Positions 11,901-23,605 of a DNA stretch of 64,000 bases are shown piece after piece (within the stretch, counting starts at the first letter, position 1; the number at the start of each line of letters is the position of its first letter). The position numbers were made by a program, and so were the translations under genes. The DNA comes from Pocillopora damicornis (taxonomy: Eukaryota). The stretch spans positions 62,001 to 126,000 of the forward strand of contig NW_020847747.1 of the NCBI RefSeq assembly GCF_003704095.1, given 5' to 3'. Below the pieces are notes generated by a model. The model did no database searches. It was not told the origin of the DNA and was given only the letters and a program-made list of their open reading frames with translations.

Positions 11901-14900
11901 ATGAGTGCATCCTGTAAAGGGTGGTTCACAATTTAAAGGGGCAATGCTTGNNNNNNNNNNNNNNNNNNNNNNNNNNNNNNNNNNNNNNNNNNNNNNNNNN
12001 NNNNNNNNNNNNNNNNNNNNNNNNNNNNNNNNNNNNNNNNNNNNNNNNNNTTTTTTGTTTGTTCAAGGTTGATGGCAAAGACCTTACTTTAAAAACTGGG
12101 GATATCAAATATTTCCTGGAGCTAAATCAAGTAGGACTCTCAAGGAACAAGTTGTGGGCACATTCTGATCCAGTTTCCACTAAAGATTCAGAAACCGAGG
12201 GAAAGGTAGGTCATATTCGGAAATTCATGAAAGTCTAGCTTTTGTTTTGTTTTCTCTAGCGAGTTTTCCTCTGACATTTCTGTTCAATGGGAAAGGGTGC
12301 AATGAGATCAACCGTTCTCATTGAGGAAGTCCAGATCACAACATTGCAAGCTGTGTTCTTTGATGTCCCCTGCTACCCTTAGCTGTGCAGACACAGAGAA
12401 TGCTTCATTCCTTGTCTGTTGAAACTCAAAAAAATTTATCAAAAGGAAGTTGTAGATTGTTCTTGCTACCATGGTAACAAAACTGGTGGCAACTTGGATT
12501 GCTGTCAATATTTTTCAACCTCCATTTTTGAGATCTGATGAGATGTTCTCTCCTCCAGCTGTTGAGATTTCTGTTTTCTTCCCTATTTAACCCTTTCACA
12601 GCCAAGATCTCATTAGTAATTCTCCTTCCTGTCTGCTCTTCGATTCTTGTAATGTTAGTATGGTGAATTTGGAATTGGATCAACTAATAATCCCCTAATA
12701 GATATTTTCTTTTATTCTCATCACTAGTCTGCTTGACATTGTTTTGATATTGTAAGGAGAAATTCCGTTTTGGTCTGTCATGGAAGAGTTTATGAGTTAA
12801 AGAAACTTAGTGATATTTCAATGTAATACAGACTAACTGATTGGTTTGTCAATTCTCAATATTTTTCTGCAAAATATCGTAATGAAATTGTTGAAAGAAT
12901 TAACATGTTAATCAACCCTGAAAGTAAAGGGCTTTTACTAATCCTGTTATGAATCATTACTTACGATACACTTTTTCCATTTGACAGGTTAATAATATTG
13001 TGAAAGCTCTTGAAAATGCAGGAAAAAAATTTAACCTGGACATCCAGGAACCCGCAGACAAACCACTGCCTCCATCATCTTTCCAGATGTTCTTGAAAAA
13101 AAACCGCTCAATACCTGGAATTGTGTTGACAGACCACAAGGAGGAATATTCCAACAAGTGAGAAACAGCAAAAATCTTCTATTCTCTTTCTTTCCCTCTG
13201 AGAGCTTTTCCACCCTAACATTAGTATACACATTCTCTGTACTGCTCTCTATACATTTCCTTTGGTACTGACTAGGAGAATTTGTTTACCAATCAGGAGC
13301 CTCTCGAGTTGGTGATCATTTCCTTTATTCTCATAACCTAAGTGTTTGATTATGTAGTGATGTGATGAGGAGAAACTCTGTTTTATCTTTAGTTAAATGA
13401 ATTTCTCTCTGATAATTAATTTTTTTTCATGATCCAGCCAATTCATTTTCTCAAAATTATTAGTTCCCTAACCATTTAAACCCTACGAGTGACCAGCTTC
13501 TAATTTCTCCTTACAATATCACCCCTGAATCAAACATGAAACTCAAGAGAATAGAGGACATGATCACCAACTAAAGCAGCTCTTGATTGTTAAACTAATT
13601 CTCCTTGTCAGCCTCTTTGGAAATATACAGAGAACAGTATGGAGAATATGCATACTGATGTTAGTGTGTAAAGGGTTAATAAGAAGGTTGTTTCTTTTGT
13701 ATGGTATCGTAAGTAATTTAGTTAACACTGTACTGAAACATTGTAATGTGCGTATTGCTAGGTATGTGCGTATTGCTAGGTATGTAAAGTAATTCAGTTA
13801 ATGAAATTAAGAGATCCTCGCAGCTAAGAACACTACTGAAACGAGTAGTTGTAAATAGGACCTGAAAAAAATTCAGGCCCGTATGGGATTTGAACCCATG
13901 ACCTCTGCGATACCGGTTTAGCTGCGAGGATCTCTTAATTTCATCTCTCCACCGCAGTGCAAATATATGAATTTTCTTATATCTAAAATCATAATTCAAT
14001 AAATGTTAGACGTGTAAACTAAATGTTAGTATTTTATTGTCCCTGTGGTTAGAATAAAATTTGATGAGAAAAATAAGTTGGCGAAACAAGTGAAACTTAG
14101 ATGAACCGATGTAGTGAATTTTGAAAAACTTTTGCTTTTGTCCTTCAGATTCTACAACAGCCATTTTGACGATCTTTACCAAGTTGGTGGAAATGTATCC
14201 ATGGATAATGACACAGTTTATGTCATCACAGAATTCACAAAGGTACTCCTATTTTTATAGAGAACGACTGTAAGAGTGAGGTGTTTCAAATTTTTTACCC
14301 CAGGCTTAGGAAAATGTATATTCCCGATGGCTGGGAAGGCGAATAATAACAGGAAGGGGTGTCTGGGGAGCTCCTCACCCTTGAGTGATAGTCACCCCTA
14401 CACTGTGGGGCTCTCCTATTCTTGGCAGACTGTGTTCCTGGGGACTCTGAGTGTCGACAGGCGAGAGAGTCAAATGGGGACTGTACATCTCTTCGTCACT
14501 TTGAAAAGTCAGCAGTGCTGGTTAAGCAAACAGCTGAACCGGAAAAGTGAGGCACCTCATTTAAATTCATCCTTGCGCGTATAAGGTCTCTCTCAAACAC
14601 CAGCCTTCCACCCGTCCCATTTTCTCTTCTGTCTCTAGACACTGGAGTTACCATCATACACTGTACCCATTTTTTTGCATTTTCACCACAGCATTAACTC
14701 TGCCATGCACGTTAATATGACGGGTTTTCTTTTTGGGGAAAGGGGACTCGAACTCCCTGACGCGCCAGGGGGCTCTTCAGAGAGGAGGAATGTAAACGTG
14801 CAGTTGTCGAATCTTATTCTTGCTCCTCAGAAACTTTCCAACATCTCATCAACTGTAGCCACAGCTCTGTACACTCTTGCCAATGATGGAACTGCACCAG

Positions 14901-17698
14901 ACTTTGACATCAAGGCTGATGAAGCCCTGGTGAGTAGATCGCCTCGAATCCTTTGACTCCCAAATGCTCTAGATGATGAATTTTTTAAAATCTCATCACT
15001 ATACACCTATTGTGGGGTTTTTCGGAGAGGAGAAGAGTTAATTGTTGTCTCTCGNNNNNNNNNNNNNNNNNNNNNNNNNNNNNNNNNNNNNNNNNNNNNN
15101 NNNNNNNNNNNNNNNNNNNNNNNNNNNNNNNNNNNNNNNNNNNNNNNNNNNNNNATAACTGAAATCGTTGTTTCTCCAACAGGTTGGTCATCTTATTTTC
15201 TGTCTTTTCAACCGTTCCGACTGTCCCCTTTACAGACAGGCTTCTGACAGCAACAAAACTTGGACAAGCTTTAAAAAAAGTGAGTAAGCCGGATTTAAAG
15301 ATTCAAATATGACCATGAGGATCTCGCGCGCCTCTGCACTACCCCTAAGCCACACAGAGAGTCGGTGGTAAGCAAGGGTGTCACAAGGGGTAATATAAGA
15401 GACGCGACCTTCATACAGCTACGATAAAAAATGACGAACTTATGTAAGTAAAAAGAAGAAGGAGGAGGAAGGAGAATTGTTTGTTTTACAATGATTTGTT
15501 TTGTATTTCGTTTAGCCCCAGTCAGTTTAAAACCGTTTCCTCGTTATGTGAGTGTGAACAGCTCAAGCAACGCTCTGACAAGAACTGTGAAGTATCTCCT
15601 CTTGTACTTCACTGGTTATCATTTTCCTCCGGGCAAATATGAAGAATGCAAGGCATCTGACGTACGTTCAGTATTGTGTTAGCTTTATTACTTAATTTTT
15701 TATACACTGAAATATAATTAATTAGCAATTACTAGCCCAAGCTCGGAAGTTAAAATTATATGATTCTTGTTTTGTACCTCTTGTTTTGATTTTGTTGTTC
15801 TTTTCTGTTTGTTTTTGTGTGAGTAGTGTGAATGTGACTGAGTGTGAATGTGACTGAGTGTGAGTGTGAATGTGATTAAGTGTGAGTGTGAGAGTGAATG
15901 TGACTGGCTATGAGCGCGCGTGCGAGTATGTAAGAGTATGACTGTGAATGTGAATGTGAATATGCGTGAGAGTGAGTGTGTGCGGGTGCGAGTATGAGAC
16001 CGTGTTCTCTGTGACAAGCTAGTAGTAGTAAAATACCAGTAGGCTGGTAATTTAAAGTACTCATCTATTCAGGAAGTTTAACAGAAAATTAGGTAGTATA
16101 ACAAACATTATGTACTCCTGTGTGGATTTTGATAGATGAAGACCAAATGTCAAACAGTTGTACCGCTTAGTTTAACCCTCCTTTGAAAACTTATGCATTT
16201 GCAGGGCGTCGAAAAAATCAAAGTCCTTGGCCAAAAACTGCAAGGTCTTTGTGTGACTGGTTCGGTGTTCGAGTCACCAGCTGTATCTCCTGCATTTGTT
16301 GAAGAAAACTACGATTCTGCTGAATATTCTACTTGGGCTGAGAGCACGTAAGGTTTTTTCCCGTTCGTTGCACCAAATGTGGATGAAATTGTCGTGCTAC
16401 TGAAAACTACCCTTTACCTTCATCTGGGACTGTTCATTATATCTTCTTTTTAGTTAATGAGATTATAATTTTTTTTCCTCTCCTGTTCCAAATAGATGGA
16501 ACGACGATCTTACAGTTCAATTATTTCTTGTCGCAAGCCCCAAATTAGAGGTGAGTTATTTTGTCTCCTTCTTATGATGACAGTATTAAAAATGAGAACA
16601 AGTTACAGCCTTCTTTTGGAAAGCGCCGGGATAGGACGATTGTCGATTATGAATAGAGGCGTTAAAATCGGATGTTGTCCGACGCTTACTACTTTATTCA
16701 GTGCAAGTGTTGGTTTCTCGTTATATTCCAGCGCTCGATGTTGGAAACATTTCTCCGCCTATTTTAGACCAGATAAAAACGCCTGCTTGTCCGGGCGTTA
16801 GTGATCTCTTGACTTTCCGTACTTTCCATTGGTTACGTGTTTTCCCGCCCCTGTCATAAATGTCAACCTTTCCTGCGCTTGAAACAAGCCTCATATTTTC
16901 CCATTTACGCTTTTAAATTTCTCCCGCCTTGGTCTACAGGAAGTGGTTTCTTTTCGTTCCGTGGTAGCCACTGGTGACATGTATTCTCGCACTTAACACA
17001 AGTGTCATGTTTTCCCGCCTTTTTGTAGACATATTTTCCCGCCTTGTTGGATTTCAAGAGGCCACGCTTGCCACTTGTTGCACGTGTTCACGCACCTGAC
17101 GCAAGTTACACGTGTTCCCGCGCTTGACACATGTCATGTTTTCCTGCCCAATTTTTGACATATTTTCCCGCCTTGGTCGATGTCAATACGCCACGCTTGC
17201 CACTTGTAACATCTGTTTGTTAGCATACTTTTCCTACTTGTTCGTTGTTGTTGTTGTTTTTTTTTTACTTTCCGCACTTTACAGTGGTTACGTGTTTTCC
17301 TGTCTGCTTCTTAGCATATTTTCCTTCCTTGTTTCCTGTTTTTTTTTAACTTCCCGCGCTTTACAGTGGTTACATGTTTTCCCGCGCTTTGCACGCGCTT
17401 GCCACCGAGTTAGTGTTTAACCGCGCCTGTTGCGGTTCGTTTTCAAAATAGTTTAGTATCATTATTTCAACATTCTTTGTTTTGTTTTTGTTCTTGTTTG
17501 TTTATTGGTGTATTCTATTATTTTCATTAATTTTTTTGCAAGGCCAATTCATCTGTTTCCTTCATGTTTCAGGGCGTAACGCTGGGTGCTGGACTCACAA
17601 TTACCTTCCTTTCTTTCGTACTTGTATACTTTATTAACAAGAAGGCTGACGTGATCTTCACTTCCACTGATCCTCTAAGTTCTGAACTCGACAATTAA
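5990..17698 (+). CDS. NCSTN: Nicastrin (gamma-secretase subunit); one or more internal exons missing in an assembly gap
   Basis: Exons: 5990-6047, 6444-6542 (PCVLLTNATHQIGC), 6885-7008, 7665-7759, 8326-8361, 8776-8834, 9786-9866, 10191-10323 (YPLCAVQL), 11073-11164, 11699-11809 (LDSNSFF), [gap], 12068-12205, 12988-13157 (PLPPSSFQMFL), 14149-14242, 14831-14929, 15183-15279, 15516-15661, 16205-16347 (AVSPAF...YSTWAES), 16496-16550, 17573-17698 (TM helix then INKKADVIF). Splice phases are consistent. Confidence 0.95.
7825..7975. repeat. Degenerate ~15-bp minisatellite (CCCATGGGAGGGGGA-like)
   Basis: Repeated ccatg(g/a)g(a/g)ggg units in a nicastrin intron; they explain the spurious ORF 7847-8077. 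Confidence 0.8.
8918..9128. mobile_element. piggyBac-like MITE of about 200 bp
   Basis: Begins CCCTTTAACTCCC and ends GAGTCAAAGGG followed by TTAA. The internal sequence is shared with many other copies in the window. Confidence 0.8.
9440..9720 (-). mobile_element. Degenerate Crypton/DUF3504-related coding relic in a nicastrin intron
   Basis: Joining two frames across an A-run gives EEETSLLSEATLKATQYNTKWGKKVFEEWQ...LNCWLSKFACEVAEQNGE. This resembles the N-terminal motifs (T.Y.TKW...F.EW and LN.WL.KF..EV...NG) of Crypton-type and ZMYM/KCTD1-related sequences. Recognised from memory, not by a search. Confidence 0.55.
11193..11616. mobile_element. Tc1/mariner (pogo/Tigger-like) non-autonomous element
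   Basis: Left end is TA followed by CAGTTGAACCTTGATTATCTGAACTC; the right end reverse-complements to CAGTCAAACCTCAATTATCCAGACCTC, giving imperfect ~26-bp TIRs. Confidence 0.6.
13801..13944. repeat. Foldback element with a perfect 27-bp inverted repeat and a tRNA-like core
   Basis: ATGAAATTAAGAGATCCTCGCAGCTAA at 13801-13827 has its exact reverse complement at 13918-13944. An internal minus-strand GGGTTCAAATCCC resembles a Pol III B-box. Confidence 0.8.
15815..15995. repeat. Degenerate (GTGTGA)n-type microsatellite
   Basis: gtgtga/atgtga units; these produce the His/Ser/Thr-rich spurious ORFs at 15718-16064. Confidence 0.9.
16835..17430. repeat. Degenerate tandem array of TTTTCCCGC(G)CTT-containing units
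   Basis: The motif gttttcccgc(g/c)ctt recurs more than ten times in the last nicastrin intron, including a larger internal duplication (about 17000-17085 versus 17130-17205). Confidence 0.75.
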
Positions 17699-19567
17699 AG
17701 CTTTTTTACAAGTCCAGCAATACAAGTTTAGAAATCCTCCCAATGACAGCGTAATAAATTCAAGTGACAGGTGGCGTGAAGTAAAGATCTGACAGGGTCT
17801 CGGCTAAAAAGGCAAATTCTCCCATGGAGGTTATAAAGAGTACGTTAAAACAGCATGGCGAATTGAAGTCGATCATGAGTTTGACAGAGTTCAGCAAATA
17901 AGTTCTCACGATACTAAACAACGGACCTGATTAATGAAGAATGTCACTAAAGCAATTAATAGGACACAAGGCTGCCCTCTCTTAAGGAGTCGGAGGACAC
18001 AAGTCGTCTAATCCTTGCAGCTGTAGTCTCCGATGAAGAGCGAATCACCTCCGAGGATATTCCGAACCCGCGATGATTTGTCGACGAAAGCGGCTATCGG
18101 GCAATTTAGATCTTGTTAACGAGAATAGAAACTTCATTTTGTCAAACTGAGAATTGTGTTGATTATAAGAGACGATTTACTCTAGCCTTTTCTCTTATTT
18201 TTGTTTTTTTATTTCCTTGGAGTAGATAGAAAATTATTTGTTGTTAGGAAAAGATTAATCGTCACAAATCAACATCTCGAATGTATTTAAAAAATGGTCG
18301 AAATTCTTAAGAAGGCTTATGTCTGAAATAAGACACACTCATGACATCTATTTTTCTAAACAGTTTTACTGATTTTTTGAAGCCTGAAATTTTTTTTTTT
18401 TTTTTAACCTCAGAACAGAGCGCTGGTAAAATCCGGTTGCTTTCGTAGCTATGAAAAGAAATGGTTGCACATTCCCACCCAAAGAAGTTCAAAATTGTCT
18501 TCAGCTGTTCAAGAGAAATAAATTTATGATTTATGAGTGGAAGAGATAAGCTTTCAGTAATTAGCTTTGGAGACATGTCCTTTTTGTCTTTGCTCTTACC
18601 AGGTATTCAGGATCTCAATTATTTATGATTATTTGTTATTTGAAGGGAAATTTCAGTTTCTCATGCAGTTGTAAATACCGACCCAGTATGCTTTCCTCTT
18701 TGTATCGAAACATATTTTTGTGATACGTTTTTTTTTAATAGGGAAATTTAGTTAAAAATCTCTCAACTGTACTATTGTTAAGTATGATAAAACTACTCAA
18801 ATGTTATTATGCCACTTAGTGTTTAGAAAAATGGTCGAAAAATATAAAGTTTTCTACAAAAAAAGAAACTGATTAATGGCATCAGCTTTCCATCTGTCCA
18901 GCTTAAAGCTTAAGAATTTTGCTTATAATAAAACTTGCCTCCTCAAACAAAGGCCAGAAGGTTCTAACAACAAAACACGGAGTGGCAAATGTATTGTGAT
19001 TTCGTCTCTCTTTACAGAGTGCGTTTCGATTGACTGTAATAAAACCAAAATAATAAGGGAGAGCGAAAAAAACTATCACAAGCAGCCAGTAAGAACTCAG
19101 GTTAAAAATGAGCAAACATCTGAAGCGCAGATTGATCCCAATATTCAACTAAAAATCGCTCTCTGTATAGTTGTGTGCCTCTCAAACTCTTTCAGGAAGT
19201 TTGTTAGCAAATTGGAACATGACCAAGGGAAGTTGTTAAGTTTCAACGAGTTTGTTTTGCAATTTTTAAGCATTGTGGCAAGCGCTCAGACGGCCTGCTA
19301 GATTTTTCTCCTGTGTGATTCCAAGCCTGAGATCGTTCCCAAGATCTCGCTCTAGTCTCCTCTTGATGTAAACAAAAACATCAAAAACACCTTAGCTGAG
19401 ATTACCCCTGCACCTGGCCTTCCCAGCGGTCTTCACGATTATGCATATTAGATGACACATTTCAAACAGCATACATGCAGCAAATAATAACAATCCGACA
19501 TGGCGGAAAGAAATTGATAAATATTGTCTGCAACAACGATTTTGTATGTGTTTATGTCTCAGACAAC

Positions 19568-21222
19568 ATGACTGTGGTGGCAGGAATGGGACTTGGAGTA
19601 TTACTAGTGCTGATATTTTGGAGTCTTGGTATTATAGGATGTGTCGTTTTGTCAAGAGCCTCAGGGGGGTTGAAGTAAGTACTACAACAATCTTTGGAGA
19701 ACGGTGCTCTTGTGTGTCTTTCCCCGATATTTTTCGTCCTAGTTCTCAGTTATGTTCATAACTGTGCTAAGAACAACGTGAGAGATTAAGTGTATTCACT
19801 TACATAATGTGTTCTGCAGAAATGTCTCTGAGTTGAGAAATTTCATCCATAAGTGCAGCTACGAGCAGTTTTTCCCGGCCAGCGTCTTTTCGTGGCCAAT
19901 TAGCAAATGTGAACACCCCATCACATTAAATATCAGTGCACTGTAGAGAATTTCGTAAATTTCATAATATTTCAGAACATGAGTTAATAAACTCAGCAAT
20001 ATTGAAAATTTTGAATCTGTCAGCAAAAATTTTCCGATGACATTTCCTTGTAGCAACAACGAAAAGAAAATCAAACATGTTTATTTCGTGAATTCAATAG
20101 ATGGCGCCATCATTGAGAATTTTTTCTTCCTTATCAAATACATCAAATAGATTCTGTGTTGCTGTAGGTCTGTTTAGATCACAGACACAGGAGATGAACA
20201 AATGTGGTAAGAACAGAAGTGAAACACTCAGCTGGGCTTCCTGTGCCACTTTTTTTATTCTTGCCACATTTTGAAGTCATCTGTGATCTATTCCTGAACA
20301 AGACCCACAGCAACATGGAATCTATTTGTCAACCCTTTACACCCTAACATCAGTGTGCATATTCTCCATACTGTTCTCTATACATTTCCAAAGAGGCTGA
20401 CAAGGAGAATTTGTTTCACAATCAAGAGCTGTTTTAGTTGGTGATCATCTCTTCTATTCTCATGACTTTCATGTTTGATTCAAGGGTGATATTGTAAGGA
20501 GAAATTGGATGCTAGTCATTCTTAAAAGCTAAAGGGTTTATTAGCTAATTTTCATAATGGTGTTTTTCTCGTTTTAGAAATGCAGTGGTGGGGATATTCT
20601 TTCTTCTTGTTCTTCTCACTGTGATTTTGGTTCTCTGGCCAAGAAAAACTCCTGAGGAAGAATTGGCAGGATCTACAGAAAAAAAGGTTGGTAAAACAGT
20701 GAAATAACCACAGCTTATAGCTTGAACCTGCTGGTGGTAGTTGATCATGTTGTTTGATCATCTTATTACAGGTAGTTCTAAAAAAGGCAAATGTCCTTGA
20801 TAGTGGTTGATACTTAATCCTTTGCGCCCCCCCCCCCAAGAGTGATAAGTATCTAATTTCTCACTACAATATTGCCCCTGAATAAAAAATTAAGGTCATG
20901 AGAATAAAGGATATGATCACCAGCAAAGAAGCTCTTGATTGTTACAAAGATTCTCCTTGTCAGCACCTTAGGACATGAACAGGGATCAGTGAGGAGAATA
21001 TGCATTCTGATGTTAGGATGTAAAGGGTTAACCCACTTAGTGATCTTTAATTCTTCTATGTTTTTCCAACAGATTGAAGTTGATGAACTGATTATTCCAA
21101 AGACAGTCCTGTTTGTGTTCATCTGCGTATTTTCATTAGTGGCTTTTGTTTTCCTTCTACTGCATTGGATGGAACCAATTTATTCACCTGCCCTCACCTC
21201 CAGAAAAACCTATGCTTTCTAA
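19568..21222 (+). CDS. TMEM218: Transmembrane protein 218 (ciliary transition zone)
   Basis: Exons 19568-19674 (MTVVAGMGLGVLLVLIFW...LSRASG), 20578-20686 and 21073-21222 (...LHWMEPIY). Three TM segments; LSRASG and EPIY match TMEM218. Confidence 0.85.
20150..20330. repeat. Palindromic (foldback) repeat; related copy at about 10725-10880
   Basis: Arms AGATCACAGA...AAATGTGGTAAGAA pair with TTCTTGCCACATTT...TCTGTGATCT. The core TGTGCCACTTTTTT is shared by both copies. Confidence 0.65.
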
Positions 21223-22280
21223 ATAGAAAATCATCATTAAAAGAGCCTTGCAGATGGAATCATAAGTTCTGCATGCTACAAACACCCAGTGATGTGCAAT
21301 CCATATTAGGAAAGCCTGTGCCTTGCTCACTTATTGTCCAGGGCCCACTTTTATGAAGGTCCTATTCCAGTTAGCAAAAAAGGTTCCAAAGTTGAAAAGA
21401 GCTGGGCACTACAAGACTTGGCACTATTCATCATCACAGGGCCTCAGATGAAACAATGCTAAACTATCGGCATTTGGAGAGGAAGTACTATGATGCTGTT
21501 GAAGACTGTTTTAGAGTTCCACAAAGGGTAAACAGACTGTGTGGTACAAAAATGGTACGAACTAGATGGACTCAAAAGCATACAAATGAAAGGAAGTCTT
21601 TTGCTAAATCAAAGCAAAACAGATTATAAGAGATGATCAAAAAGTTTGTCAAGAGGAAACTCATGAGAGTAAAAACATTTTTTTTGTTAGCCAGAGTGCC
21701 TCTTTGTCTTTTCGTTGATTTACAAGATGTGCCGAGTACGGAAACCTTCTGTGAAAGGACGACTAAAGGTCAGCCAGTATTACGGCTGTTAATTTTTTAG
21801 AGGCTCGCAGACATAAGTTGCAAGCTCCTGTAGCACACGCAAGAGGAGCCTTACGTGCACGTAACTCGCCCTATGCGCAAGCTTCATGCCTCTTTCCCTT
21901 CCCTTGAAATGCAAGAGAAGGAGACCAGTTTTAGCTTAATTAAGGGTCGGAACAGTTTGACTTTGTAAGTTTTGTTTTGTGTTGTTTCGCAAGCAATCAC
22001 AAAACAAGCGTTACAGGCATCGATTGACTTTTCGCTCAACTGACCTCTATTTAATCGCGAACTAAGATTAAAAAAACAAACAAACAAATAAAAAACAAAT
22101 GTACTCAATTATAGTTGTTCCGCGTCCACTTTTCAGTTACATTTGGTACCCCGTGGTTCCATAATTTTCGTCCGGGTCGCTATGTGGAAACTGGAACGAC
22201 TTCTGGCAGAATTTGTGCTGGCAATCATGTGTTTTCCGGTTGGGAAGCTCTCTTGATGAAGAGCTGACGAAGGCCGAATT

Positions 22281-23297
22281 ATGAATCAACTCGTAAGTGA
22301 TGTTGAAAATGCAATTCGTAGCAAATTTGAAGGAACATCAGCGCCATCCAGTTCCTGTGATTTCGGCAAAGAGGCCGCTAGACACCCCCAGACCCGAGCT
22401 GAAAGAATGGCAGTTCTTGGACAAAATGTTTGCTACATTGTGACTGCGGTTGTTATCAACGAGGGGCGCGTTCTGATGATGAGAGAAGCTAAGAGATCTT
22501 GTCGAGGAACATGGTATTTACCTGCTGGTAGAGTCGAAAAGAACGAATCTCTCGAAGAAGGCGTAATTAGAGAAGTATTAGAGGAAACTGGACTTGCTTT
22601 TCAACCAGTGTCAATTATTTGCATCGACTCTCAAGGAACCTTCTGGTTTCGATTCACTTTCGTGGGCTGCATAACGGGAGGAAAGCTTAAAACTTTGGAT
22701 GAACAGGACAAGGAGTCGATGGAAGCGGGCTGGTTTCCGGCTGAAGAAGTGTTTACTTCTCTGCCATTAAGAGCAAGGGACATTTGCCCGTTGATAGATC
22801 TTGGGCTGAAATGGTATGAAACTAAACAAGAACAGACCATTTGTAGACTGCTTCCTGCAAAGAATTCCCAGGGACAAGTTACTGTTCGCCTGTTGGCTGT
22901 TAAAAGAGTTGAAAAAGATGATGAAAAATCGTTTTTTTGTCTGGTGTGCCACAACTCTACCGGTGATGGTAACCACAACTGTCATCCTTATTTTCCAAGC
23001 AAGTCTGTGGGTATAGATGGCTCAAATATCACTCATGTTGTTGACCAGCTCATCAAAGATTTTGACAGTAACCTACACTACAAAAAACATGGCTACGTTT
23101 CTGTTGAACACACCGGAAAGCCTCATGGAGAAGCAGATGGAGTATGTCTTACCGTTCTTGTAGAGGTGTTTCCAGCAGTTGAGGAGGAAGGTTTGAAAGG
23201 AAAATATCAGTGGTTTAAAGTAGAAGAAAAATCCTTGACAGAAAATATTTGGAAACTCATAGATGTTAAGGGTTTTGTTGAGTTTGTAGAATCTTAA
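22281..23297 (+). CDS. NUDT18: 8-oxo-dGDP phosphatase NUDT18 (MTH3), single-exon CDS
   Basis: Nudix box GRVEKNESLEEGVIREVLEETGL, plus NVCYIV, EAKRSCRGTWYLPAG, GGKLKT...DKES, LRARDI and EHTGKP...DGVCLTVLV, all matching NUDT18. Confidence 0.92.
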   Translation: MNQLVSDVENAIRSKFEGTSAPSSSCDFGKEAARHPQTRAERMAVLGQNVCYIVTAVVINEGRVLMMREAKRSCRGTWYLPAGRVEKNESLEEGVIREVLEETGLAFQPVSIICIDSQGTFWFRFTFVGCITGGKLKTLDEQDKESMEAGWFPAEEVFTSLPLRARDICPLIDLGLKWYETKQEQTICRLLPAKNSQGQVTVRLLAVKRVEKDDEKSFFCLVCHNSTGDGNHNCHPYFPSKSVGIDGSNITHVVDQLIKDFDSNLHYKKHGYVSVEHTGKPHGEADGVCLTVLVEVFPAVEEEGLKGKYQWFKVEEKSLTENIWKLIDVKGFVEFVES

Positions 23298-23395
23298 TTT
23301 ACAGCTTGAATTAATTTGCTTGAAGGAGGGTCGAGGGGTTATAACAACAAAGGATCAGCAGATTCTGACAGTATTTTTGGATTCATAGCAAAAGC

Positions 23396-23605
23396 TTAAC
23401 CCTGTAACTCCCATGAGTGACCAAGACAGAATTTCTCCTTACAATATCAATAAAACATTAACCAGATAGGTGATGAGAATAAAGAAAAATATCAATTTGG
23501 GGATAATTAGTTGATTGAATACTAAATTCTCTGAACTAATATTATAAGAATTATTTGGTAGACAGTGAGGAGAATTACAAATTTGATCTGGAAAAAAAGG
23601 GTTGA
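23396..23605. mobile_element. piggyBac-like MITE
   Basis: TTAA followed by CCCTGTAACTCCC; same family as 8918-9128. Confidence 0.8.

Noticed and set aside
13870-13920. Possible tRNA gene
   Set aside because: Only a T-arm/B-box fragment is present, with no complete cloverleaf, and it is embedded in a repeat.
15718-16064. His/Ser/Thr-rich ORFs
   Set aside because: They are translations of a (GTGTGA)n microsatellite.
18065-18115. SECIS-like ATGA...AAA...GA hairpin 3' of nicastrin
   Set aside because: The 3' GA is not positioned to form the quartet, and nicastrin has no in-frame UGA.
18876-19301. 141-aa ORF upstream of TMEM218
   Set aside because: No recognisable motif or splice support; AT-rich intergenic composition.
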